DNA of 64,000 bases from Octopus sinensis (Eukaryota): the NCBI RefSeq assembly GCF_006345805.1, contig NC_043001.1, positions 83,390,001 through 83,454,000 of the forward strand, given 5' to 3'. Under the pieces are notes generated by a model that was not told where the DNA came from, searched no databases, and worked only from the letters and a program-made list of their open reading frames with translations. The stretch's first letter is position 1. Each line of letters starts with the position of its first letter. Of this stretch, positions 38,014 through 53,689 are shown one piece after another. The translations under genes were made by a program, and so were the position numbers.

Positions 38014-38756
38014 ATATATATATATATAAATGTGTGTGTGTGTATAGCTTATGTTTGTATTAGTGCCTCTGTAAATGTGCTAGTACGTTACGCTAATAAG
38101 CGCCAATTTGGAAATATGAGGGAAATGTCACAGAAGACGGCCTTCAAATATTATTCATTTAATATGGTTGTTGTTCTTCTCCTTTTTCTCTGATTATTAT
38201 TATTATTGTCGATGACGACGATGATAATGATGCTGATGACGACGACGTTACTTCTAATATTGAGGGAGAGGAATCGGGGAAAATATGATAATGACATTGA
38301 TATTAGTGACGTTTAAAAAATGTTTAATATCTAATCCGGTAAAAGTTTTTTCGAAGTACACATCCGTATACTTGTAAAAGTACACGCACACATAAACAGA
38401 CAAGCACACTCACACATACACACATACATTACTTCTTTTATGTAAGTATATACATATACGTTCGTATACACATATGCTTATATATACATGCAAAATATAT
38501 ACATATATAAATGCATAAATCCATATACATGTGTCATTTATATATATGTAAATATTTATATACATATATATATATATGTATGTGTGTATGTATGTATATA
38601 TGTATGTATATATATATATACACACATACATATGCACATATATATACATACATATACACATACACATGTGTTAGTATCTATTCATATTTATATATATGCA
38701 CGCATGTGTATATATATATATGTATGTATATATATGTGTGTGTATATATATGTATA

Positions 38757-38814
<58 letters not shown>

Positions 38815-39471
38815 CATATATAGGTATAAATGAATATATATAGATAATTATATGTATATATGTATGTATATACATATGTATATACATATATATAGCCTTT
38901 GACTAACCTTTACATATGAAACCAGTTTTACGCTGTAACTAATTAGGTTTCCCAATTAGCAATCTTTGACATGACCTTTTTTTTATATTTCATTTCTTAA
39001 GCACCACCTCCACAACACCTTACGTCTCTCGCCAATACCAGCCACTCACCTTCAAAACCCACCATCGAAAACACATGCATACCACGTTTGCCAGACCATT
39101 TTGTCTTCTAACTTTGAACTAGTGCAATTAAAGACGGATGTAGGTTGGGTGTTTTAACTGTACTGAATGTCACTAAATTGCCTGTTAATTCGTGCTGTTT
39201 GTCCTGGATCAGGTTCAATTAGAACTGCTGACCAGAAATTCTAGATTCCAACGATCAAATGTTAACTAAAATAGCTGCAATAAAAAGACCTTTAATCTTT
39301 AATTGTATCGGCCTTTAACGTCTTCGTTTTCTTTTCTCTCTTCTTTCTCTTTTCCTTTTTATCCTTCGTCCTCTTTACTCCCTTTTTAAATCTTATTTTC
39401 CATATTTTTATTTTCGTTCTTCTTTTTCGCATTTCCTCATTGCTTTCTTCATCTTATTATCATTCTCTTGA

Positions 39472-39659
39472 GTAATCGTCAGCACGCCGGACAAAATGCT
39501 GGCGGTATTTTGTCTGACTTTATGCTCTGAGTTTAAATACCACTGAGGTCGACTTTACCTTTCGGGGTCGATAAACTATGTACATGTTGAGCGCTCGGGT
39601 TGATGTAATCGACAACTCCCGTCCACCAAAATTTCAGACCTCTTGCCAATAGTAGAAAG

Positions 39660-39713
<54 letters not shown>

Positions 39714-40160
39714 TAGTTAAGGCGGTTAGCTGACAGAATCGTTAGCACGCCGGGAAAAATGCGTAGCGGCATTTCGTCCGTCTTTATATTCTGAGATCAA
39801 ACTCCGAGGTCGACTTTGTCTTCATTCCTTCGGGGTCGATAAATTAAGTACCAGTTGAGGACCGGGGTCGATGAAATCGACTATCCTCCTCCCCCAAATT
39901 CCAATCCTTGAGCCTATAACAGAAAGGATTATTATTACTAGTTAAGGAGGTGAGCTCACAGAATTGTTAGCACACCAGGCAAAATGTTTAGCGTCATTTC
40001 ATCTGTCTTTACGTTCTGAGTATAAATTCCATCAAAGTCGATTTTGCCCGCCATCATTTCGAGGTCGATAAAATATATACAGGTTGAGCACTTGGGTTGA
40101 TGTAATCGACTAGTCCTTCTGCCAAAATTTCAAGCCTTGTGCCTATAGTAGAAAGAATTA
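39472..40160 (+). mobile_element. Three head-to-tail SINE family B copies separated by (ATT)n
   Basis: Copies at about 39472-39660, 39717-39930 and 39942-40160, each ending TAGTAGAAAG(N)ATTATT or a close variant. Confidence 0.8.
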
Positions 40161-40523
40161 TTATACTCTAGGGGCCCGTATAAGATTCTGTTGTTAAAAC
40201 GTATGAGCAAGAAATTGATTATACATCAATAATACATTTCTATTGTATACTTCTTTAATATTCTAGCAATTTTTTATACAATTCCTAACAATATTTAATT
40301 ATAAAATGATAATAGCAGAATCGATAATATAAGCGATTGCAAGCTCCACCAAAAAACAATAAATAGCTGATGGATTAAAATTAATCAAAGGATATACTAA
40401 CTTAGTCCCTTTGCCTTCAGACGGTTGATTTCTGTAGTTATTATCAGTGTATTTTGGCGATTTAAATAGTTTTGACTGTTATTTCCAGCAGGTAGACATA
40501 CTTAGTATGTCCATTGATTAATT

Positions 40524-40624
<101 letters not shown>

Positions 40625-40625
40625 G

Positions 40626-40716
<91 letters not shown>

Positions 40717-41183
40717 TGATTGATAGACAGACAGACAGACAAATGCATGCATACATACATACATACATACATACATACATGCATGCATACATACATACAT
40801 ACATGCATACATACACACGCACATTCATATATATATATACATACATACATACATGCATGCATACATACATACCTACATACATGCATGCATGCTTACATAC
40901 ATACATACATACATGCATACATACATATATATACATACATGCAGCCATATATACACACATACATGCATACATACATACATGCATGCATACATACATACAT
41001 ACATACATACATACATACATACATACATACATACATACATACATACATACATACATACGCGCATACATGCATACATGCATACATACATACATGCATACAT
41101 ACATGCATACATACATACATGCATTCATACATACATACATACATACATACATACATACATACATACATACATACATACATACA

Positions 41184-41214
<31 letters not shown>

Positions 41215-41495
41215 GTACATAATAGCGAAAGTTAACTGGTGACTGAGTATGACAACTTTCTAAAGTCAGCAAGACCTTGCAAACGTTCCAACATTCAGAG
41301 AAGTTCTTGTGCATTAATTCGTTTTGAATGGATCAAGTGTGGCGTGGTACTGAACCCACTTTTCTGCACGACCAGTCATAAAACCAGTAGCTCAACGTGT
41401 ATATACTGGCAACGATGCGGGAGGGCATCGAACATAAAAAATTTCGCCCCATCTCTAGGAAGAACATTAGATAAATGGACAACCTAGAATCGGAT

Positions 41496-41570
41496 AATCT
41501 AGTACCTAGGTTTCGGACTCTTCAAATACGTTTGTTATCGTAAATTTGATTAGTCTTCTTCAGCTAAATT
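41496..41570 (-). ncRNA. Type I hammerhead ribozyme with intact catalytic core
   Basis: AATTTAG-CTGAAGA-AGACT-[32 nt]-AGTCC-GAAA-C-CTAG-G-TA^-CTAGATT; 7-bp stem I. Confidence 0.72.
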
Positions 41571-41573
41571 TAC

Positions 41574-41642
41574 CTGGACAATATTTCAAATGTTGCTACA
41601 TCAATGCCAGTATACTCGCCTGAACGTCTAGCCGTTAATAGA
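41574..41642 (-). CDS. Candidate 69-nt phase-2/phase-2 internal exon (LLTARRSGEYTGIDVATFEILS)
   Basis: Acceptor TTTTTTTCACTTTTCTCAG, donor CAG|GTAAAT, length 3n, only one of three frames open; host gene unidentified. Confidence 0.4.
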
Positions 41643-41841
41643 CTGAGAAAAGTGAAAAAAATTTCAGTGAAAAACAAAAAATATTGCAATACAAATGTAT
41701 TACTTTCCAGTAAAATAAAACACCGTAAAGGTAGAAGTATAAATATAGAGTAGTGGTACAACAAGGCACCAATGTTTACTGGAAATAGCAGTCGATACAT
41801 CTACGACGCTTTACGGTGCTTTATTTTATATACATATAGAT

Positions 41842-41920
<79 letters not shown>

Positions 41921-41948
41921 TAGATATAGATATACGTATACATATATA

Positions 41949-44356
<2,408 letters not shown>

Positions 44357-44364
44357 TGCATATA

Positions 44365-45550
44365 AAGGGGTTGGACAAGATAATGGAAACACCTAGCATC
44401 ATAGATTTGAAATATCTATAAAACCGCCAAAAGCTTGTTTATTTTTGTTTTTTGATTTATTATTAGTGTTGCTTTATACGTTTTGCTAAAATTGCTGTTT
44501 CTTTTCAGATATCATTAGAAAAATGTTATTAAAATTCATTAAAATGACAAATCTACCGAGCTTTCAAAGTAGTCAAGTTGTTGGTGCTCATATGGCAGGC
44601 GCTAGCGTGACGAAAACAGCCGAAATATATGTTGTATCAAGAAGTACTGTCTCGAAAATAATGACAGCCTTTGAGAAAGAGGGAAAAAATCTTCTCGTCG
44701 AAACAAAACTCCGGAAGAAAACCAAAACTTTCAGATAGGGAGCTTAATGACCACTTCAAGAACCCAGTTTCCACAGAAACTGTTTGCCGAGAGCTGCACA
44801 AAGCCGGATTTCACGGGAGAGTTGCAATCAGCAAACCACTACTTTCAAAAACAAACGTTGCAAAGTGTTTAGAGTGAAGTAAAAAAACTACAGAATTGGT
44901 CCCTATAGCAGTGGAAGAATGTTATTTTCTTGGACGTATCATCCTTTACCTTATTTCCAACCACCGGCCGAGTATCTGTGTGGAGAGAGCCAAAAGGAGC
45001 ATTTGACCCAGACTGCCTTCTTCCAATTTTTAAACATGGAGGAGGATATGTGATGATCTGGGTGGGGGTATATCTTGGAAATCCGCCGGCCCAATGGTTT
45101 CCCTTCATGGCAGAATTAATAGTCACGACGATTTAAGCATTTTATCCGATCAAATTCAAACTATGGTTGCGGAACTGTTTCCAGAGGGAAACGCGCTCTT
45201 TCATGATGATAATGCACCAATTCACACAGCAGAAGTTGTTACTGAATGTCACGAGGAACATTCTATTGAAGTTGAACATCTTATCTGTCCCCGGATCTCA
45301 ATATTATTGAACATTTATGGTGCATTTTAGAAAAGCAAGTAAGGAGTCGATATCCTCCACCATCATCACAGCCAGAACTGGAGACTGTTTTAGCTGAAGA
45401 ATGGACATAATTCCTTTGGAAACAATTCAAACTTTGTACGAGTCCATACCTCGTAGAATTCAAGCTGTAATAACTGTCAAAGGCGGTCCTACACCTTATT
45501 AAAATAAATTTGAAATTTTAAGGTGTTTCCATTATTTTGTCCAACCACTG
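44365..45550 (+). mobile_element. Decayed Tc1-family DNA transposon (about 1.19 kb)
   Basis: 30-bp TIRs with 3 mismatches, TA flanks; SGRKPKLS, KPLLSK, WKNVIFLDVSSF, KHGGGYVMIW, FHDDNAPIH. Confidence 0.9.
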
Positions 45551-46528
45551 TATATATTATTCAACGTTATTTTGAGCGTTATAAAGTGCTCTGGAAATGG
45601 GGGTAAATGGCGAAATGGCAGAATAATTAGGTCATCGCACAAAATAATTTATCCTACTAGTTCCCGATCGTTACGAACTGGGTTCAAATCTTGCAGCGGT
45701 CGGTTCTTTTTATCCTTCGAAATCATTATAATAAAATCCCAGACAACTGCGGTATAATATTTGAATTGTTATAATATTGAATAAAAATTCTTTTCAGTAT
45801 ATCTCCTTTGTCATTTCCTTTCTCTTCTGAGTACCCAGCCAAGTATGGCGGTAAACTTGTCTGTATCTAACTGAGAAGATGCTGTTCTGTAACGAAAATA
45901 CCGCAAGGAAGGCAACCGAAAAAACTATTATTGTATTTGCTCGTGAATATTCCGTGATAAAGCACACAGGTATCATCATGGATGATAGCAGCGGTCGTTC
46001 GTCGAACTGACGGCGTAGGAAGAAAGAAATGAAATGAACGATATGCTTTTGTGTATGCGCATGCCCGTGTGTCTGTATTTGTACGTACATACATACATAC
46101 ACACATACGTACATACATACATACATACATACATACATACATACATACATACATACATCCACACATACACACATACATACATACATACACACATACATAT
46201 ATACATACATACATATATATACATAAATACACACATACACACACATACATACATACACACACACATACATACACACATACATACACACACACATACACAC
46301 ATACGTACATACATACATACATACATACACACATACACACACATACATACATACATATATACATACATACACACACACATACATACATACATATATACAT
46401 ACATACATACACACATACACACACACACACATACATACATACATACAAACATACATTCGTATATACACATTAATAACTAGTTATTTATAGATAGCGTACT
46501 ATGTGTGTAAAAACGTATACATATATAC

Positions 46529-46564
<36 letters not shown>

Positions 46565-46820
46565 CATATGTGTTTCTGGGTGTGCGTGTGTGTATGTGTG
46601 TGTGTGTGTGTGAGTCTATTCAGTTTTATATGTGTGTGTATCTGTGTGTACACCCGCGCGCATTTGTATTCGACAAATTCTAACGTGATGGAAACTAGAA
46701 TTGTTTTAAGTGGCATTATTCTATAGATAGATATACATATATACATAGCATATATGATATATATTGAATATATATATACATATACATGCATGTTTGTATA
46801 TGTATAATATATATGCATTC

Positions 46821-46880
<60 letters not shown>

Positions 46881-46883
<3 letters not shown>

Positions 46884-47242
46884 TATGTATTTATATATAT
46901 ATACAAACGAGTATGTATAAACTTTATATGTATAATATATATATATATACATATTATGTATATGTGTATATATATATATATTTATATATATATACACGCA
47001 TACATATGTATGTGCATATTAATGTATGCATATGCATAGATGCATATCTACGCATATATATATATATATACACATGCATTTACACAACTATGCAGTCATA
47101 AATACACACATATATGTATATATATTTATAAGTACATATATAAATACACGTATGCGGACAGATACATAGATAGAGAGATAGAGAGATATATACATGCATA
47201 CATACATACATACATACATATATACATACATACATACATACA

Positions 47243-47274
<32 letters not shown>

Positions 47275-48069
47275 CACATGCTTATAAGAACACACATAAA
47301 TACACAGCCACACGTATACATTATATAGACACATGCGTAAGTGTTTTATACGTTCTTGTCTGTGTGTGTGTGCGTTTATGTCTGTGCACGCGTGCATTTG
47401 TGTGTGAGTGTGTGTGCGTATGTGTGTATGTTGTCTTGGAATTTTCTGGTGCTTCTTAAACCGTGCAAGATTTTTTTTTCCTAACAAAAAATGCCTCAAT
47501 GGCAATGTTTGTTGTTGTTGTTGTTGTTGCTGTTGCTGTTCTTATTGTAGTGCTCGAAGAGGTAGTAGTCTTGTACAAGGTTTCGCTACTGGTGATTCTA
47601 CAATTTGCAACCTTGTTTTAACCTCTACCAAAGCTTCCACGATCACTTATACATTTACGTTCAATAGCTTAATTCTGACATAAAGGTTCGCATGTCACAA
47701 GCAGCTGTTGATATTAGGAAAAGCTGTGCACGCGTAGCTAAAACTCAGCAGATAACCTCTGTGACCAAACTGACGATAAAAAGCGACATGTCAGGCTATC
47801 TTGTAGTAAAGAGAGGAAACTTGAACGAAATTGTAGAGAGAAACGAAGCGGAGTAGAATTTGGAGCGAATGGCAAGCAGAATGGCAATGAAGAACAGAGA
47901 GAAAGAGAGAGTTAAGTGAAATAGCGAGGACTTGATTTGGTTGCGAAGAAAAGCATACATACGTATATACATACATGCATGCATGCATATATATATATAT
48001 ATATATAGAGATATATATAGAGAGAGAGAGATAGATATATATATATATATATTATATATATATATATAT

Positions 48070-48112
<43 letters not shown>

Positions 48113-48466
48113 TATGTATTTATATATATATACAAACGAGTATGTATAAACTTTATATGTATAATATATATATATACATATTATGTATATGTGTATATAT
48201 ATATATATTATATATATATACACGCATACATATGTATGTGCATATTAATGTATGCATATGCATAGATGCATATCTACGCATATATATATATATACACATG
48301 CATTTACACAACTATGCAGTCATAAATACACACATATATGTATATATATTTATAAGTACATATATAAATACACGTATGCGGACAGATACATAGATAGAGA
48401 GATAGAGAGATATATACATGCATACATACATACATACATACATATATACATACATACATACATACA

Positions 48467-48498
<32 letters not shown>

Positions 48499-49205
48499 CA
48501 CATGCTTATAAGAACACACATAAATACACAGCCACACGTATACATTTATATAGACACATGCGTAAGTGTTTTATACGTTCTTGTCTGTGTGTGTGTGTGT
48601 TTATGTCTGTGCACGCGTGCATTTGTGTGTGAGTGTGTGTGCGTATGTGTGTATGTTGTCTTGGAATTTTCTGGTGCTTCTTAAACCGTGCAAGATTTTT
48701 TTTCCTAACAAAAAATGCCTCAATGGCAATGTTTGTTGTTGTTGTTGTTGTTGCTGTTGCTGTTCTATTGTAGTGCTCGAAGAGGTAGTAGTCTTGTACA
48801 AGGTTTCGCTACTGGTGATTCTACAATTTGCAACCTTGTTTTAACCTCTACCAAAGCTTCCGCGATCACTTATACATTTACGTTCAATAGCTTAATTCTG
48901 ACATAAAGGTTCGCATGTCACAAGCAGCTGTTGATATTAGGAAAAGCTGTGCACGCGTAGCTAAAACTCAGCAGATAACCTCTGTGACCAAACTGACGAT
49001 AAAAAGCGACATGTCAGGCTATCTTGTAGTAAAGAGAGGAAACTTGAACGAAATTGTAGAGAGAAACGAAGCGGAGTAGAATTTGGAGCGAATGGCAATG
49101 AAGAACAGAGAGAAAGAGAGAGTTAAGTGAAATAGCGAGGACTTGATTTGGTTGCGAAGAAAAGCATACATACGTATATACATACATGCATGCATGCATA
49201 TATAT
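46881..49205. repeat. About 1.23-kb near-identical tandem duplication (2 units)
   Basis: Units start at 46881 and 48110; unique core 47460-47950 repeated at 48690-49170 with only a few SNPs and indels. Confidence 0.9.
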
Positions 49206-49244
49206 AATATATATATATAGAGATATATATATATATATATATAT

Positions 49245-49295
<51 letters not shown>

Positions 49296-49331
49296 TATAC
49301 ATACATATATATATATATATATAATATAATG

Positions 49332-49369
<38 letters not shown>

Positions 49370-49384
49370 CGTGTGTGCGTGTGT

Positions 49385-49461
<77 letters not shown>

Positions 49462-49646
49462 CATAAATAAATATATATACACATATAGACATATATATAT
49501 ACACATGTGCGCGCCCATGCACGAAATTGCCACGGAAATATTCAAAGAAGCGTGCAAAGAAAAGTACATTCAGAAATATGCATTTAAATACATACAGAAA
49601 CGAGTACACACACGCAAACATATATATACATATATATTATATATAT

Positions 49647-49685
<39 letters not shown>

Positions 49686-49764
49686 TATATATATAGATAT
49701 ATATATATATATACACACACGCACACATACATATATATACATATAAATACGTATTATTCTTTAA

Positions 49765-49982
49765 TTCTTTTATTCTTTTACTGGTTTCAGTCATTTGACT
49801 GAGGCCATGTTGGAGCACCGTCTTTAATCGAACAAATCGATCCCAGGACTTGACAACCGATGTTGGTGGTTTATGTCTCCCTAACTTAGCGGTTCGGTAA
49901 AGGAAACCGATAGAATAAGTACAAGACTAACAAAGAATAAGTCCTGGAGTCAAATGACTGAAACAAATAAAAGAGTAAAAGA
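49765..49982. mobile_element. Inverted pair of SINE family A 3' halves
   Basis: Minus tail 49765-49850 fused directly to plus body/tail 49850-49982. Confidence 0.65.
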
Positions 49983-49990
49983 ATATAGAC

Positions 49991-50025
<35 letters not shown>

Positions 50026-50149
50026 CCCATATAAAGACAGAGAGACAGTCAGACAGACAGACAGATAGATAGACAGGGATTAAGTATAATTTATATACGT
50101 GCGTGCATAAACATACATATATGTATATATATAATATATATACATATAT

Positions 50150-50183
<34 letters not shown>

Positions 50184-50557
50184 CTAGCAGTATCGCCCGG
50201 CGTTGCTCGGGTTTGTAAGGGAAATAACTATAAAGCATTTTTAGAGAGTTATAGCCAAAAAATGGAAAAAAAATGATGGTAAAATTTTTTTAGTTAAAAA
50301 GGTCGAGTTGCGTCCCCTAGACAGTCTGTGGTTTGTGTTTCTGATTCTCGACCCCATGTCGAATTTATCGATTTTTTTTCAGAACTGGGGGAACTTTTCA
50401 AAATTTTCGCTGCGTTAGTTTTGAATTATGACATTGGGCTATGTGTGTGTCAAGTTTCATCAGAATCGGTTGAAAGCCGTGGTCAGGGTGAGGGTACAAC
50501 CTGACAGACACACAGAAACACACACAGACAAACTGCCGCTTATATATAGAGAGAAGA
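50184..50557 (-). mobile_element. Complete non-autonomous Helitron (second subfamily)
   Basis: A|TC at 50557; same hairpin and CTAG|T 3' end as 16031-16424; inserted in (TA)n. Confidence 0.85.
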
Positions 50558-50574
50558 TATATATATATATATAT

Positions 50575-51100
50575 ATAACTCCTCCTCCCTCCCGTCGCGG
50601 TCACGTGATGAGATGGCTATTTCTGTCTTTCTTCTCCTGGCCTCCTTCAAGTAGAGACGGTAATATCTGTTGCTCTCTGTCGTTCTCAAACAATAGCGTT
50701 CGTAAAAAATGTTTATCTCGTTTGGCTTAACAGCCCTTCTTGTTTGTGTTACTGTTATTCTCCGTGTCCTGTCTTTTACTGTTTATATTTTGTACTGTCG
50801 TTACTGTCCTGTTTTTTGTTACCATTTTTACCCCTCCGCAAAAAAATCTCAAATTTTATTTAATTTGATTTTTGCGGGAAGGAAATTTTCATTGAAGTCA
50901 TGTATCGCCTTGACCTTCGAAACATGGAGTAGATGAAATTAAGGCGACTGAAGAAGGGGAATTTTCCTTGTTTCGTATGTCCTGTACTCTATTTTTTCGT
51001 TGTTTTTAAAAAATGTCCATTTCCTTGGTTTTGTGTTTATGTTTTCGTTTCTCATTGTGTTCGACGTTTTTTTTTTTGGTGTCCTGTACCCATATATGCA
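50575..51100 (+). repeat. PLE 3' UTR/pseudo-LTR-like segment
   Basis: (TA)n-flanked; degenerate hammerhead-like motifs TTGACCTTCGAAACATGGAGTA (50911-50930) and CTGAAGAAGG (50948). Confidence 0.35.
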
Positions 51101-51612
51101 TGTATATATACATGTAGAGGTAGGTACGTACATATATGTATGTATATATGCATATGTTTTATTTATTTATTAATATATATATATATATATAAACAAAAAA
51201 TAAAAGATGCTAGTGGGGAGAAGTGGAGCGCAGTCACTAAGAGGAGGGGGCTGTGTTGAGTCCGTGTGGGGTTAGAGTCTGTAGAAGGAATATGAACCGT
51301 TGCTCCAAGTGAAGCCTAGATTGTGGAGAGCCGTTGTTCCACGTCCTGCGTTGCTGTGTTTTTTTCTGTGTTTTCTTGTTTGGATTAACCTTATATATAT
51401 ATATATATATATGGTTCCAAATGATACAAAAACAAAACAGGAAACAAAAGACGAAAACAGGAACGGAATCAGCAAACAGGATGTATTAGTCAGAGAAAAT
51501 GGAAGAAGTCTTTGACGCTTCGAGTCTGTGCTGTTCTACAGAAAAGAAAGAGGAGAGAAAACAGATGGAAAGAAAAAAAAACAATGGAACACACACACAC
51601 ACACACACATAG

Positions 51613-51649
<37 letters not shown>

Positions 51650-53099
51650 GATAGAATTTTTCGAAAAAAATTCTATCAATGGCCAGCATATTAAAAAATA
51701 CCTTTAAAGGTTAAATTTATAAACAATTTATAAGTAAGGGCAAAAGAAAAAAATTCTAATGCCAAAATATGCCGTAAATAGACACAACGTCAATAACCAT
51801 GTAATTTATCACTACAAACACGTGTTTCGAAGAAAGCCGACAGAAATTTCTAAAAAATTCCGTTACTACCATATCGGACCCGATATGGTAATATGCTGGC
51901 CATTGATAGAATTTTTTTCGAAAAATTCTATCCTATATTAGATGTTAATTTAATCGTGTTCACTTCCGAGAGTTTACTTTACGAGAGTTTTTCGGTTCGA
52001 ATCGTACGTGTCTCGAGGTGTGCTAGAGAGTTTCTATTTTGGATATATTTGGGGTACTTAATTGTGTTTGTGGCTTAGTGTTCGCTTCTTCCATGGGTAT
52101 AAGTAAGTATTTCACTTATTTCTTTACCGCATTTATCACTAACTCTGAAATCGGGTCCGATATGGTAATAACGAAATTTTTTAGAAATTTCTGTCGGCTT
52201 TCTTCGAAACACGGGCTTGTAGTGATAAATTACATGGTTATTGACATTGTGTCTATTTTCGGCATATTTTGGCATTAGAAATTTTTCTTTTGCCCTTAAT
52301 CGGCACAACAAGAAATATATTTATCTCTTTTTATAGAAACAAAAGGGTTTATAGGACTGCAAAAGAAGTGTTCAAATATAAATGAGACGAAGATAAAGAA
52401 GCATTGGTTATAGAACAAGCATTAAATTCGGATCAACGACTTTACATTCAACATCACCTCACAAACATTTAATCATATATAAAAAATCGCCATGGTTCGC
52501 AAATACATAAAAAAATAATACATATACATAAAATCACAGAAGATAAAAGTATATAATCGAATAAAATACAAATAGAACGGCCTATCAAAAAGTTAAATAT
52601 AAACGGCAAAAAATTCAAAACTACCAAAAATCTTAATAGACAAATATAAAATAAGTAAAGGAAAAAATAAAATCAAATAAAATAAATGTCTACCAACTAA
52701 AAAAAGTTTTATCAAACGATTAAAATATCAAAAAAAGTTTTTAAGCTTTTTTCTAAATATTTGAAAAAATATTTGAAAAAAGTCTTTTACTTCCCTCATA
52801 CAAGTGCGTCCAAATTTCATAAGTAAACAGGTCAAATTCACATACATCTAGAAAAAAGTCTTTTACTCCCCTCTCACAAGTACGTCCTAAAGTTCATAAT
52901 GAGCAGACTTCACAGGTCAAATTCAACATTCACATATATCTATGGCCATTTCGGGAGCTCACCACCGCAGCTTATTTACACTAAAGTGCATATACAATGC
53001 ATATAAATAGAAGCGAGTTCAATGGGTAAGTGCACTGAGATGTTCTTATGATGGAAACCCCGGTTCTGGGCAGGTAAGTTCTGATGCGCCTAAGATTAG

Positions 53100-53682
53100 T
53101 GATGCCATCATGTTACTCCCACCGGATGTATCGAACCCCAGTAATGAGAGATGTGAAGGAGTGAATGTGAGAAACCTGATAAGTATTGTTAATAGCAGGA
53201 ATAAGGTTACGGATGGCCCTGGGAAATCATGTAATTGTAGAAACCCTGGATTATGTCCCCTTGATGGGTTCTGTCTAATTACTAATGCAATTTATAAATG
53301 CGTTGTTAAGGATGAGGATAATTTAGATAAGTTTTATATAAGTAGTACAGTAAATTTTAAGGCTAGGTATAGGGCCCAAATGAGCTCGTTTTCAAATGAA
53401 AAATACTGTAGCTCTACCACACTTGCTTCTTATATACATGATCTAAAGAGGAATAATAAGAGTTATTCTCTGAAATGGTCCGTTATTTCGAGAGCCCCTT
53501 ACTTCAGAGTAAATAAAAGTAAGTGAAAGTTGTGTGTAAAAGAATCCCTTGCCATCCTTAAGTTTTGGGGGCCAAAAACTTTGAATGGATTTACTGAGGT
53601 GATCCCTTTTTGCAACCATAGGTTATCGTCCACCTTTTGGAAAGTGTATAGAAATAAAAGTAGATGTAATAAAATTGTTTAG
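53100..53682 (+). mobile_element. PLE GIY-YIG endonuclease region (Neptune-like Zn linker)
   Basis: CNCRNPGLCPLDGFCL..AIYKC..FYISST..FKARY..TTLASYI..[TGA]KLCVKE..LNGFTE..CNH; a single in-frame TGA in about 190 codons. Confidence 0.8.
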
Positions 53683-53689
53683 CGTTGAA

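Noticed and set aside
38880-39430. Repeat-free stretch with TAAT and CTTTG motifs as an enhancer
   Set aside because: Short motifs only; needs cross-species conservation or chromatin data.
52935-52975. Hammerhead-like GAAA-T-GGCC-A-TA on the minus strand
   Set aside because: Core reads CTGCGGT rather than CTGANGA and stem I does not pair.
53110-53682. Assignment to the N-terminal-EN Naiad/Chlamys clade
   Set aside because: No RT follows on the + strand, and the neighbouring related element has RT before EN.
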